Shown here: one piece after another, positions 12,853 to 25,505 of the stretch
Position numbering within the stretch: the stretch's first letter is position 1
How the letters are laid out: each line of letters opens with the position of its first letter
Assembly: GCA_030704615.1 (NCBI GenBank)
Contig: CM060734.1
Location: 45,322,001 to 45,386,000 of the forward strand
Direction of reading: 5' to 3'
Length of the DNA: 64,000 bases
Source of the DNA: Takakia lepidozioides
Taxonomy: Eukaryota > Plantae > Bryophyta
Notes under the pieces: generated by a model
What the model was told of the DNA's origin: nothing
Databases searched by the model: none
The model's input: the letters and a program-made list of their open reading frames with translations, nothing else
Translations under genes and position numbers: made by a program

Positions 12853-15473
12853 TATCTGGCCTATGCATACATTTATAAACATTGAATACACTCCAATAAT
12901 TACTTCCAAACCACAACATATTAAATACTTAAAGAATCATTTTAACATTAAAATATTTTTTGTTCAACGAAAAACAAATGATACCATATATAAACTCTGA
13001 TTCAACTAGTACATTAAGGAAAAGCCACACCTTGCGATTGCAGTTGTCCCACCATCGTGAGTGACATAAGGAATATTCTTTGTAATGTGCTATGCTCATG
13101 CAAAAATCCGCTCATGCTCACTGTTTGTGAGGCGAAACCTTGAGTAGTATAGCAAACCTCCCTAAACCTATAGCTGCGGCGGCGGGGTTTCACATTGAGA
13201 AACCCGTGATATAGATCCAAACTTTCTATACGAAAATCCCGCCCAACAATCCCACATCCAAAAATAGGCTTTCAATGCCCAATATTTGGATTTTTAGCAT
13301 AATATACATGTTTTGATATTCATGTTCAGTATCATGAGAGAGAATAGGTTTAGGATATATGTTTCGATGTATTCTATGGCATATGGAAATCTCTCCGGGT
13401 ATTGGAGCATAAACCCTATATTTTTTCAATTTTTCCCTGAGAAGGAGTATCTCAAAATCAATAAGTAGTTTTAGGGGTCAGAGTTTCACCTTGCGAAATT
13501 AAGCTCAAAAAGTTTATAGTCCCGACTGATTCTACTGATTAACTGCTGCCTGGTCCAACGTAATAATTATCCATTGGTGAGGACCTCAGATGTGACTTGC
13601 AGTCTCATCGCCCACTCTCGCGCCAATTATGAAAAAGGTCTGGTATCGTGTGAGCACAACTTGAGGAAAATCCACGCCTATAGGATAACATGTTTATTAT
13701 GTATAGGGGTTACTTGTTCTTTATGTGTTGTAACTAGTGCTCATGTGAACCTTTGGAAATAGTTTCATAAGTTTATAAGTTTCACAAATTATTATTTTGC
13801 TATAGGATATTCTTCGAATATCAAGGGAATTCACAGCATATGCCCTCCTGCTCATGTGCTAAGCTCACCAAGCTCGGCGAGCTATGCATAAGGAAAACAT
13901 TAGTAAAGGCAATCAACATTACATTAGCGTTGCTCCCAGGTTTCCTTTGATGAAAAAAAAAAGAAAAAAGACATTAGCAAAGACTATCAAAATTTGTTGG
14001 TCCCTGATATGGGCAATAGCCGTAAGGTGAGGTGGCTCTTGAAGTCTCTCTCTCCCTCTCTCTCTCTAGTCTGCTGGTCTTTGATGTGAAATGGAAATCT
14101 ACTTCAACTACCAGTTAGTCATGGCAACAACTATACACTCAGTCAACACTCTGTAAAACTTTATAAAAGACCCGAATGAGGCGATTGTACAAGAGTTAAC
14201 AAGAACCTCCATTTGGAAAATTAAAAGCCCATAAACAAAGGGATATACAAGCCACGGGCCCCATTTTCACTGGGCGCGTGCAACGGTTCTTAGATCTCAG
14301 CTTAAGGTATGGTAGAGCATAAAGTGGAGCACACATGTGGTCAAATGGGCGCCACACTATGGCACCCTCAATATCTATGTGGAACAAGATTTGCGTTGCC
14401 GGGCCACCTTCAACCTCTCTTGTGAATTTCCACCCTCTTACACTCCGGACGTCTTCACAAAATGTAGGTATGAAAGGGAACACACCTCATCTTTCAACGC
14501 AGACTTTTCCTTGCTAGAGTGTGTGCGATTGACGTGGAATGGGAGTCTAGATAAGATCAGCGTTGGGCAAATATTAAGTTCTCATGTTGGGTATTGAGAA
14601 CCGGGCGGTGGATATAACTCAAGAGATACCCCCACTTTATCAATGACCCGCGGATATTACATTTTGAAAACCCCATATCTGGATCAAGGTTGTAGATACA
14701 AGAAACTGACGTACCCAAAATCCATGCAACTATTAGGCTAGTTCCCGACACATATATCAATTGACTCATGGGTGGTGTCCCATTCCTACGCCTTCATGGC
14801 GCGGTTACTGTGAAAGAGGTTATTTTCTCCTCTCACTATTAAGGGGCTTGATTTGTGTTTCCCTCTTTAAAAATAATAATAATAAAATTGTACATAATAC
14901 ACATTCATCCTTATTGGTGAAATTTTGTTGCTAACCTTAAAAGGGATATCCAGAATATATGGAATATGCTTTGGCCCTTCAGGCCTAGTCAAAGTGTTGC
15001 CCACCGTTAGCATGACCAACAAAAGACTCATGAAATAAAAATGTAGAATAACTTAGAGAAAGAGTGGCTAATGAGGATGGTCTATTTGTTGGAAGTAGAG
15101 TTATTTTTTTATTTAATTGATAGAAGTAGAGTAATAAATATAAAAATGCCCATTGGTCAGTGCTATAATAATAATTTCCTCCTCCTCCAAATTGTCAGCT
15201 ATACGGTGTTTTTAAATTTTAAAACAAATTTAATACATTTTTATATTGACCTTCAAGTAACGCTAGTCAGTGACTTGTCGTTGACATCAGTGGTCTTTGT
15301 ATATGTGTGTTTTTTTATTTTTTTACTTTTTAATGGAAACACCTGGGGCGACAGCTCACAAATCAGGCCCTTAGATATGTGTTATTTTTACCTTGGGTTC
15401 TGATCTACTATTCAGTCTTGCAAAAAAAGATAGAAAAAAAAAACAATTAACTGTGCAAAAGCCTGTGAAGCCA

Positions 15474-16018
15474 TGAGTCCGGCACTATGGGTTTGTTCCC
15501 CTTCTTCTACCGGACTTAATCCTATCAAGGGGGATGTAGTCGATAGATGGGCCTGGCAGAGAAGACGGAATTTCACAAAGAGGACGCAACAGAGTCGGAC
15601 ATCCAAAACGCATTTGACATCAACACACTCAAGCACACCGTTACACCAAGTGTACACTCATATAAGATCCAAAAGCCACCACCCTCACTGCCACGGCAGT
15701 GCAGCTTAAATAATATTAGGTCGTAATCTAATCCTAGTGCCGCGTGACACTTACATATAGGTCAGCCAGATGCCCTTCCAGCATAGCCATAGAAAGAAGC
15801 CAGATCACCCAGATCCATCCTAATCTAATCCTAAACTAGCTGTTAGAATAAGACAACACCTAATAAAGCCATAAGCTGTTGCCAGCTTATCCTCAGTGCA
15901 AGGTGTAAGTTCATCCAGACTTCATCCCGGTTCCGTCCATCCCTAAATCATCTGGAGCGCATCCCTCCTCCGTTCATCGAAGTCGAAAAAGCAGGTGAGG
16001 AGGAATCCCAACTCCACA
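15474..16018 (-). repeat. 3' LTR of the gypsy element (545 bp)
   Basis: Direct repeat of 26111-26637 with four small indels. Confidence 0.95.
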
Positions 16019-17160
16019 CATGTGAAGCCTGCTAGGGCCACTAGAAACTACGAGCCCCTGCGAGCAATGTGCTCAGAAAGAACAAAAACTAAGCCTAGCC
16101 AAAACAAACTATACACCCGGCACACAAGGGATGAAAAAACCTAGGGAAGAAAACCTTATGGGTGGAGGACAAAACATCCCATAGGAAAAACCCCAAGTGC
16201 TACAAATGGTGCAGAAAACTAGCACAAAATGCAAAACTACTCTAAAGGAGAAGAAACCAGGGCCTGATCACGAGCTGTCAGAGCTGTAGGGTGAAAATCA
16301 ACTGGCGGTTCTCAACATTCAAATAGGTTAGATCAACAGTAAGAGTGCATGGAACAAGCAATGAAACATGAATGAAGCTAGTTAAGTGAGGAGTAGAAGC
16401 ATGTTGTGGAAGCAAGACATACTGTCTGCCAAGAAGAATATCAGAGATCAGGTAAGGGCCATCAATCCAACGTTTGGCTTTAGATACCTGCTTACCAGGC
16501 TGAAGTCTTACACAAACGGACTGGCCTACCTTGAATGACTCAGAATACACAACATGTCTGTTGTAATTCTTGGCCTAAGCAGCTTGGGCAAACACAATGT
16601 TAGACTTAGCCGTTTCACGCAAACTACTACGTCGTCTAGCATCCATGGAAAGCAAAAAGACTTCCCAATTTTCAAGTTCAGTTGCGGAAACCTGCAGGCA
16701 GGAGATATGCAAAGGAGTCCTACATTTCCTACCATACAAAAGTTCAAAAGGAGAAATCTCTGGCACATTGTCTTGTTAAAACGCTCAGTCCAGCCATTGT
16801 ACTGGGGGTTATAAGACGCAGTCACAACATGTTTAGTGTTTAGATTGAACAATACAATCTCCATAAGTTGGTTGCAGAATTCTGTACCTTGTTCCGTGAG
16901 GATCTTAAGAGGGCAACCATGGCAGAGAATCACCTTATCAAAGAAGAATTGTACCACCTCATCACTGTCCTTAGCAACCAGAGGTCGGAGCTCAACCCAT
17001 TTAGTCAGGTAATCCGTAGCAACAGCAAGGTATGCATGGCCCTTAGACGTATGTTTGAGAGGTCCAACAAGATCTAAGCCCACTCGGGCAAAGGGCTCAG
17101 TAACCGGGATAGGCTGCAAAGGGAGTGGTGCTTCGGTCCTAGGCAGGATGGTTTTGGCAT

Positions 17161-20100
17161 CACTACAGCGTTTTTATGACTGCACATATGACTATTTTTT
17201 CAGTCCTATATGCGTTCATGACTACATCACTCTGTAGTGAAAAAAACCCTGTCATAGCGACTAGTCTTTAGGACTGCATTTTTCAAGTCATAGCCGTGAC
17301 TACGTGCGTGGCACTTGGAGTCATGCATAAGAAAGTGATGTAGTTACAACTCTATGACTTACATGCGACTAACTATATGACTACATTGTCTAATGAGCGT
17401 TGCCTATATGGAGAGGCTTTAGAGGAACACGTGCACCACTGCGCAAGCAACACGTCACGACACCTGTTGCACTTCAGATGTGACATGTGGCACTTAGACA
17501 TAATATATGACTAGCATATATGGCAGGGTTTATGCCACGTGTCATCAAGAATGTCTCTGAAAATAATTTAATAGTTATATTTGTAATTTTAAATTCTAAA
17601 ATTTATATTTTATTTTTGAAAACAGGGGATAGCAGCTTGGAAAATTTTATTAAATGGTATTATTGTTTAATTTAATAATGTTATATAAAATAAAAATAGA
17701 TTAAATGATTTAAATTCTTCATTACATGGTGAAATTCTGATATAAAAAGAGAATGGACCCCTCTTGCATACTAGCAACCACAAGGACATTCAAAATAGAC
17801 AAGTTCAGGGGAATACACGCCGTGTAAATTATATTACAAAAATCCAAATGAGACCAATGTCCCAATGGACACCTCAAAGGCCACAAGGTCCAAAATCCAC
17901 GCCTGAAAAGGTCCAGTAAGCAAAAAATAAGTAAGCCCACACATGGGCTGAATTGTTGTAATACTAGTTTGTTCTGGTGCTACTAGAATCAAGGACCCTG
18001 ATGTGGGCAGAAGGGAAGACCCAAGCCCTGTCGGGGTTCAGCTGGCAGAAGAACAAGCTGCTGACAGCAACAACATGGAAGCAGAGTGGATACAAGTTGA
18101 TTTTGACAAACCTGAGTCCATAAGACAAGGCATCAGAAGGCCCAAACAAAGAACAATGTGCAATATCTGTAATAACATGAGACACAATCGTCACGTCACA
18201 CGCTAACCCAACATGGGTCTTGGCAAACTTTCAGCAAAGTTGAATCAATCACAGAAGCAAAAAAAGGGGCAGGACCTCAAGGGAAGATGTATGGAGTACC
18301 TTTTGCAGTGATCAATGAGTACGTGGAAGGAGGAGAAGCTTACCCACTGCCAAGCACGGAGTACATGATGCAACCAACAGCACAAGTATCATGTCAGTTC
18401 ACTCATAATGAGCTGGAGGCACTGGATGAGTTGGACGAGATATACCATATAAGTGATCACACTCCAATAAGACTACAACAACACCCCACATCAACATGTT
18501 GACACGGGGAAGTGCAAAGAAGGCCAAAATAGGGGATGGGATGCCTATTCTGCAGAAATCCAGCCAAGACATCAAGGATTTAGGGCAAAAACATGGATTT
18601 GGTGAAGAAGAATGCATTGGCATGGACAACATCTACAGCTCAGCAGGGTTTGAGCGCCAACTAGAGATATTCATGGGAGAGGGTGACAAAAGTGAGGAAG
18701 AAGCCAAACTTATATTTTCCTCATTGTAGCATCCAACTGATGTCCCAGTTTTTTGTCCCTCACTGCTGGGGATTTAACAGATTGTTTAACTATCTGACAA
18801 AATAATTTCTGTAAGAGGTCACCTCAATATCAAGCAACTTTGTGTGCCATGCATTTATGGGGTTGGATTACTATCCATTATTGCAGGGGGAGCCATCAGA
18901 AACATTTAAGAATAAGACAAGTGGCTGGCCACGCTGGTTGTCTGCCCAGACAAACCTCAACCTATTAAGCAATACTCTGGAACAAACCTCAAGCTGGCGG
19001 AGAGTGTTTGGTGAAAGGCTCATCTCATTCTGCCCAGCAAAAGGACGAAATGAAGCCCCCAAGCATAGGACTTTCTCGAGTCCAAACTGTTTAAGGTAGT
19101 GCAAAGCGAGTGCCAATGCTTGCACAACTATGTCTGGCATTGCCATCACTGCCCTGCATCCCAAGAACATCCATCCAGTTACAAAATGCAAGCAGGGAGG
19201 GCAGGAGGCACATATCAGAGGAAGACATGGAGAGGATTTATTGTGCCCAGCTCACCTGCAAGCCTTCATCCACCTTCTCCTCTTTGGGGGACATTTTCTC
19301 CCACTGAAGCAGTGCCTACCACACTTGAGTTTTGATTGGACTGGCTTCCATAAAAAGCGACCACCTCAGCAACAGCTCCCCCGTCTTTGAAGCAATCATG
19401 TGGCATGCGTTCAACATGAACCTCTGAGGCAAGCCCTGCAAATTCCATCAAAAGCTACACCCACAAATGCACTTAAGAACATCAACAAACTTCTTCTTAC
19501 TGCCCTGCACAAGCTCCCAAATCCCTTATACACAAAACCACAAAAGAGTAGGAATAATTGCAACAGCAACGCGGTATACCCACCTTTTCAGTTGTTGAAG
19601 CCAGAGGTGTTGCAAGGAGGAGCTCAGCTGGGGAACATGTCAGCAACCGTGCCTCCAGCTCAGTACGCATCATCGTGTCCTTAAAATCTCCATACATAAC
19701 ATCCCCTGTTGCAGTCTCTACAGCCACAACCCCAAACCGTGTATCAAAACTGCTTGCTTTTCTGTCTCCTTTTAACCCAAATCGCCCCCCCTCTTCAGCA
19801 ACAGCCATCTCACCCATTCTTCCGGGCAGGCCAACACGTGCCTTGTTAGGGCTCCAGCCATGCAATAATGGCTGTTCTGCAATGCACATGAGATAGGTAC
19901 TCAAGTGCCCAACCCTTCCCTGTGTCTCTCCTCCTAGATCTTCAACAGCCTCAATGGTTGCCCAGGTGTAGAGGGCCGAGAGATTACGGGTGAAAGGCCC
20001 AGTTTTGTTTGCCCCGTGTGCTTTGATTGTTGCTGTCTCTGTTTGTCTGACAACCCCAACTTTATACCCAGATTCCACAAGGCGCCGCACATGCACATGA

Positions 20101-21771
20101 AGTCTGAAAGTGGGAATGCTTGTTGTGAGAAAGTTGTGGTCATAGTGGGCAAAGATGCCCAGCACATGCGCGGCTGTCTCTGCATCACCTCCAAAGAACC
20201 GAAACTTATAGCCCACTTCAATTAGGAGCACCACATCTGGGTACCTACATCACCCAATGAAACAGTTTGTCTCAGTATTTGTCCATGGGTCTATTTATTC
20301 CATGGTCATTCACAAAACTGCAAAGTGGGCCAACGATATGGAACAATTATTCTCTCTTTAAAGTAACTGCAAGTTCAAAGGGCAATAAAACACTCCTCAA
20401 ATATGAACTTGGCTAGAGAGTCCCAGAGGAATGTTCTGGCTATTAGGAAGAGGGTATGTACCTGGCCTTGAGTTCCACCATTTGCTGCTCAAGAGGGGTG
20501 TAAGTCACTTTTCCCAATGACGGCTTTCCATACCAGGCCTCCTGCACCACACCATTCTGGTCGCTGCAGGCCAATAACTTTTCAACGAACTTCTTGTGTC
20601 GGACTGGATTAGAAGCAGGGACGGAGACCTGATTGATACTCTGAATTGAGGGTTTCTTGCATACTCTGACTGGGTTGGCAGAAATCTGCAGGGACATATC
20701 TGGTTCTCCTGAAGGACAACCATTGAGGGAGTCAAAGGTATCTCCTCCTGGCTTGTGAAGTCTGGTTTCTAGCTCCTTAGAAGCTTTGTCCAGTACATTA
20801 CAGTTGCTGACTCCAGTGTCCACCTCTCTCTGCTCCTTGACTATGTTGTTGAAGTCACATGGATTGGGGTGTGACAATAGCTCGCTATCAGTTTTCGAGT
20901 TCTTAATATCCTCAGTTCCTGTACCCTGAGTAGCTTCATCAGACAGAGGAAAGAGTACGTTTCTTGTGACATGGAATAGCTGTTGAATCGACGTCACCCT
21001 CCCTCCCACCTACAGCATACTTGATGGTCAAGATACACAAATTTAATTGTTCCTGCTTTCCAAGCATACCCAGGCATACACAGTTAAAAATGTAGTCATT
21101 ATGGAGCAGGACTAGAGTGGTTGCCCCTTCCCTCCGGCTCCCAAAAGCCATAGTCAGAGATTGAAACACGCCTGCTAAGACTAAGTTGACTCTCCCAAAA
21201 ACGGCGAGCTCGCTTCTCCTCATCTCCTCTCCTCCTTCTCTTCTCCTTCGTGCATCATTTGCTCAACGCCTCCATCCCACGCCCCTGCATATCCTGCTAT
21301 CATCGCGTTCCATCCCTCGGCTATGTGGTGTGGCGCAGGAGACAAAAAAACGCCAAGTCCCAGCCCTCCTTTCTGTTCACGATTACCTTATAAGCAACTT
21401 TTTAACTTTTTTAAACCTAATGGGCAACCTTATTTGCATTATATGTGCCTTCAAAATGACACGTGTAGTGATGTAGTCGTATAAATAGAGCTGTGAAACC
21501 ATCTTCAGTCATGGAGTCATAAGATTCCATGAAATGTCGTCCACGTGTAGTCAAACATATCACACTAGTCATATAAACCATCCCTGTCATCATGGTCAAC
21601 AATTTTTGACCAATGCTCCCTAACTTTCCGGAGTCATGTAGTGATATCCATTACTACAAAGTCATAAAACTATGACTGCAATGCATTTCAGCGCTCTGTA
21701 GTCATCTACCTAGTGCAGTTTTTATGACTCCGCCAAAGCCGTAGTCCTAAAAACGCTCATCTCTTGTAGTG
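17161..21771. mobile_element. Non-autonomous CACTA transposon with captured host DNA (Pack-CACTA)
   Basis: CACTACA...TGTAGTG termini, a 3-bp TSD CAT (17158-17160, 21772-21774), shared GCGTTTTTA(T/G)GACT subterminal sequence, many ATGACTA/TAGTCAT repeats and no transposase. Confidence 0.93.
18985..21010 (-). pseudogene. MSH3: Captured 5' portion of mismatch-repair gene MSH3, with introns
   Basis: YTPLEQQMVELKAR|YPDVVLLIEVGYKFRFFG..SIPTFRLHVHVRRLVESGYKVGVVRQTET..VAVETATGDVMYGDFKD..PAELLL|..LHYLKQFGLEKVL..NTLRQLEV. GT-AG introns at 20461-20245 and 19583-19455. Stop/frameshift at ~19270, and no ATPase domain. Confidence 0.92.
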
Positions 21772-22383
21772 CATGATAGGGTACACACCTTGCAATGAAA
21801 GCTGAAACGTCCTTAACTAAACCTTTCCAATGATACTGTTCTTGGAGCTTTTTCACAGTTTTGGTAACCCCTAAATGACCAGCATAAGTAGAAGCATGGT
21901 ACAATTCTAGCAAGGCAAGGACAACGGACCTAGGAGGGACTTCCAAAGCAAGATCACCTTCCAATGCATTCACTCTGAACAACCTCCCTTCACTTTCCCG
22001 GTGGGTGGGTAAATGATAGTTCACTTGCCTCATGAGGAGCCTGGATATGCCACTCAGGTGGGTGCCAGCTTTGCACCTATGGAGAAGAGCATCGTAAAGA
22101 GGATCATCCATGCCTACAACACTCATGGCCACACAACAGCAGGTTAGTGCAGGTGAGGAGAAAGTGGCAGCCCCCGTGATCTTCCTTTCATTGATCCTGA
22201 CTTCAATTTTCAGTTGGCTGCCTATGAGGAAGCAAGCAGGCTATGAAGTGCAACTCAGTCCCTTGGTCATGAACAAGACAGGCTAGGGAGTGAGAGAAAC
22301 ATGATCATGGAAAAGGTAGGGCCAAAGCTACCTAGGCTGCAGGTTGCCAACCTACTAGCATTGCCAAGTACCAAGCAAGAAAT

Positions 22384-23761
22384 TTAAGGAACATCAAATT
22401 GAACTAGATCCCAAGAATCCAGCAGATCAGGGGGAACATAAGGGAAATCTAGCAGATGACATAACGCATAAGGGTCAGTAACAGGTACTGCAACAACAAA
22501 AGGGGAAGAAAGAATAAGAACCAGATCATCTAGAGTAGTGTAAGGGGCAGGAGGCTTAGTTTCCCCACGAGTCAATGCATCAGCATTAACATTATCTTTG
22601 CCTCGCTTGTATGAGATCTGAAAATCATAACCCTGTAAAATCAGAGCCCATCTAGCCAAACGTCCAGTCAGTTCACGAGGAGTAAGCAAGACTTTCAAAG
22701 GTAAATGATCTGTCTCGATGGTGAAGTGGTAACCATGAAAATACTGCCTAAAATATTTAACACCAAAGATAACTGCTAAGCCCTCTTTGTCTGTGATAGA
22801 GTAGTTTCTTTCATGTTTGTCAAGACTCCGTGAGGCATAGGCAATCGCATGTTCCTGCCAATCTTGAATTTGACTAAGCACAGCAGAGATAGCTAAGTCA
22901 CTAGCGTCAGTTTTTAAAAGGAAAGGTAAGGTAAAGTCAAGGTAGGCAAGAACAGGGGCCGAAGTTAAAGCGATCTTGAGCTTCTCAAAAGCCGATGTTT
23001 CTGCAGTACCCCATACAAAGCGCGCATCCTTGGACAGCAAGCGAGTAAGTGGAGCAACAAGCTTGGCAAATTGAAAGATGAAACGACGATAATAGGAGCC
23101 AAAACCCTTGACACAGGTCTTGTCCCTAGGAGTAGGATAATCCCAAATAGCCCAGATCTTACGAGGATCTGGCCTGATGCCAGCAGTAGATAGCAAGTGC
23201 CCAAGGAAGTATAGCTGCTCCATACAAAAGTCACACTTCTTGGCTTTGACTTTTAGGCCTACAACCCGAAGTCTGCACACCACCCGTTGTAAATCCAACA
23301 AGTGAGCATCAAAGGTAGTGGAATAGATATTAATATCATCTATGTAGACTAAGGCACATTCCCAACGAAGATTGCCAAGCACAACATCCATGAGCCTCTG
23401 AAGGTGGCAGTAGCATTGTATAATCCAAAAGCCATTATAGTTTCGATCTGATACATGCTCATTCGACAGGTGAAGGCCGTTTTCCCTTTGGCCGCCCAGC
23501 TACTAGATCTAATGACGAGAAGATAGTGACTCCATTCAATTGGTCAAGAGTCTCATTAATACGAGGCAAGGGATACACATCCTTCTTAGTGATAACATTC
23601 AGACGTCTAAAATCAACACAGAAGCAAGTTGAACCATCCTTTTTCCCTACCAAGACAATGGGACTGGCCCAACGCGAGATTGAGGGTGTGATGACACCTG
23701 CGTCCAACATTTTGGTAATCTCTTCTTGAATAACCTTTCTTTCGCGCAAACTCTCTCGATA
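22384..23761 (-). pseudogene. Gypsy reverse transcriptase and RNase H (frameshifted)
   Basis: WASPIVLVGKKDG, CVDFRRLN, VYIDDI, LKTDAS, ERNYSITDKEGLAV, ETDH, RLARW, NVNADAL. Confidence 0.95.
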
Positions 23762-23766
23762 GGCAT

Positions 23767-24353
23767 TGTCACGGACATAGCCCAGAAGAACTTACCAGGA
23801 GTAAATACCAGAAGTTACCAAGTTACCGAAAGTTACCATGACTTACCATGATTTACCATGATTTACCATTACTTACCAAGTTACCGGGAGTTTACCAAAT
23901 TATCAAGAGTAACTTGGGAAACTGCTCATGAAGCTTCATTTGGAGGAAACATCTCCATCAAGATACCTCATTTGTTTAAGGAAGCTTCTCCATCAAGAAA
24001 CCTTTGTTTAATCTTGGAAACTTCTCCAGCAAGAAACCTCCATAGGGGAAGTTTCTTAGGGAAGCATCTTAGTAGCCAGTATATATAGAAGGCGAGATTG
24101 GACACGCTTCAGTCTCGCCAACACCAGTTCAAGCTGCTCTTGTTTCCAGTATCTGGTACTCCAGTCCAGTTTCCAACATTCCAGTATTCAAATCGTGTTC
24201 CAATATCTTGTACTCTTGTCCATTGTTATAAAGATCGTCTTGATTCTTATTTACTCATCGTGCATTCGGCCACGCCGACCTTGACTTCTTGTCTAGCCTT
24301 GTACCTCTAGTCTTATCTCTTGTTTGTGTTCAGTCATGTTCTCGTTCTTGACA
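23767..24353 (+). mobile_element. Solo LTR of a second family inserted in the gypsy RT
   Basis: TGTCA...TGACA ends, a 5-bp TSD GGCAT/GACAT, TTACCA tandem repeats and a TATA box at ~24080. Removing it restores KQYAYRESLRERKVIQEEI. Confidence 0.9.
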
Positions 24354-25106
24354 GACATACTGTTTGATAGGCTTACCTTCAGTGATGATATCATGGTTCA
24401 GGATGGTTGTGCGACCAAGGTCATGAGGGCCCTTGCTAAAGATATCCAGATTGTTACGGAGAAAGTCATGTAGTTGGCTGGTCTGCTGAGGCGTGAGATA
24501 CTCTCCAACCGTGATGTCTTGCAAAATCTGCTGATAATGCAGCTCTTGATCTGAGGTCAAAGGAAGACTGGCAGCGGGCCCGGTATTGGCAGCAAAGGCT
24601 TGCAGCTGGTCAAGAGGGGAATCCACCAAACCTATGTCGTGGAAAGAGAGACCTTTCTGAACAAAAACCAACTCAGATAAAGGTGAGGCAGACAGCCTAG
24701 CTAAGACTTGACCCTTATGAATGGTAATGCCAATACGCTCAAGATTAGCCACCAACAGTCTCACTTCGCCCTTGAAACCTCTATCAATCGCTCCAGATGC
24801 AATCAGACAATGTTTTTGCAAGGTTAGCTCCTTCCAACCCTCAACCTCAATGTAATGACCTTGGGGGCAAGCAAAAGCTAGACCAGAAGGTATTACACGC
24901 TGAGAAAAAACAGGAATGACCAAGTCGACAGGAGCGCGGATCAGCTTTGTGTTTTTGGCCATTGACAGAGGATGATCAGATTTCTTACCTGGTACAGAGA
25001 ACTGCCATTGATAAAGGCAGCCCTCAGGGGCTTGAAATTGACTGAATCTTGCCCAATTGTAGTGCTGGCCTACGGTTTCCTTCATGTGCTCAGCTTGCAA
25101 TTTCAA
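24354..25106 (-). pseudogene. dUTPase-like domain plus start of RT in the gypsy pol
   Basis: IRAPVDLVIP..IPSGLAFACPQGHY..GAIDRGFKGEVRLLVAN..IHKGQVLARL follows trimeric dUTPase motif spacing. It runs on into DIFSKGPHDLGRT..GKPIKQY. Confidence 0.75.
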
Positions 25107-25172
25107 TTGAGAGTAATTTGCTAAAGAGGTACCAGCAGCTAGGATGACAGCGTTGAGGTTTACCTTATAAGG

Positions 25173-25505
25173 CTAGCCCTCACCATTGTGTAACCTCATC
25201 ACATTGCCCATGATGTCCAGGCTGGCCTCTGCCTCCCTCATCCAGTCAAGGCCCAGCAAAAGTTGCTCCTCTAAAGTGACAATACAGGTTAGCACCACTA
25301 TCTTGCCACTGACACGGATAGGCACAGTAACCAAACCCATGGGTTCATAGGTTGTACCATCGGCTATGGTGACTTCCAGCCCTTTTGCAGGCCGCAACTT
25401 GAGGCCTAATATGCGTACAATGGAGAGTGGAATGGCAGACATGGTGCAGCTTGTGTCAATCACACATGAAAAAGAAATGTGGCCAATGTGACACTGTGTC
25501 ATCAA
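25173..25505 (-). pseudogene. Retropepsin aspartic protease of the gypsy pol
   Basis: CVIDTSCTMSAI (DTG changed to DTS), VTIADG, LLLGLDWM. Confidence 0.85.

Larger units (their letters stand above)
16278..22132 (-). pseudogene. Gypsy integrase, split by the CACTA insertion
   Basis: HHCC part YHASTYAGHLG..YHW..ARCVPY (21775-22132) joins KTILPRTEAPLPLQPIPV..RVGLDLVGPL..ATDYLTKW..ERFNKT (16700-17157), followed by a GPY motif (WIDGPY). Confidence 0.9.

Noticed and set aside
14196-14800. Possible viral or TE coding fragment
   Set aside because: The ORFs are short and have no motif I can assign.
18985-21010. Functional host MSH3 gene
   Set aside because: It is truncated before the core/ATPase domains, has a stop/frameshift and is enclosed by CACTA termini.
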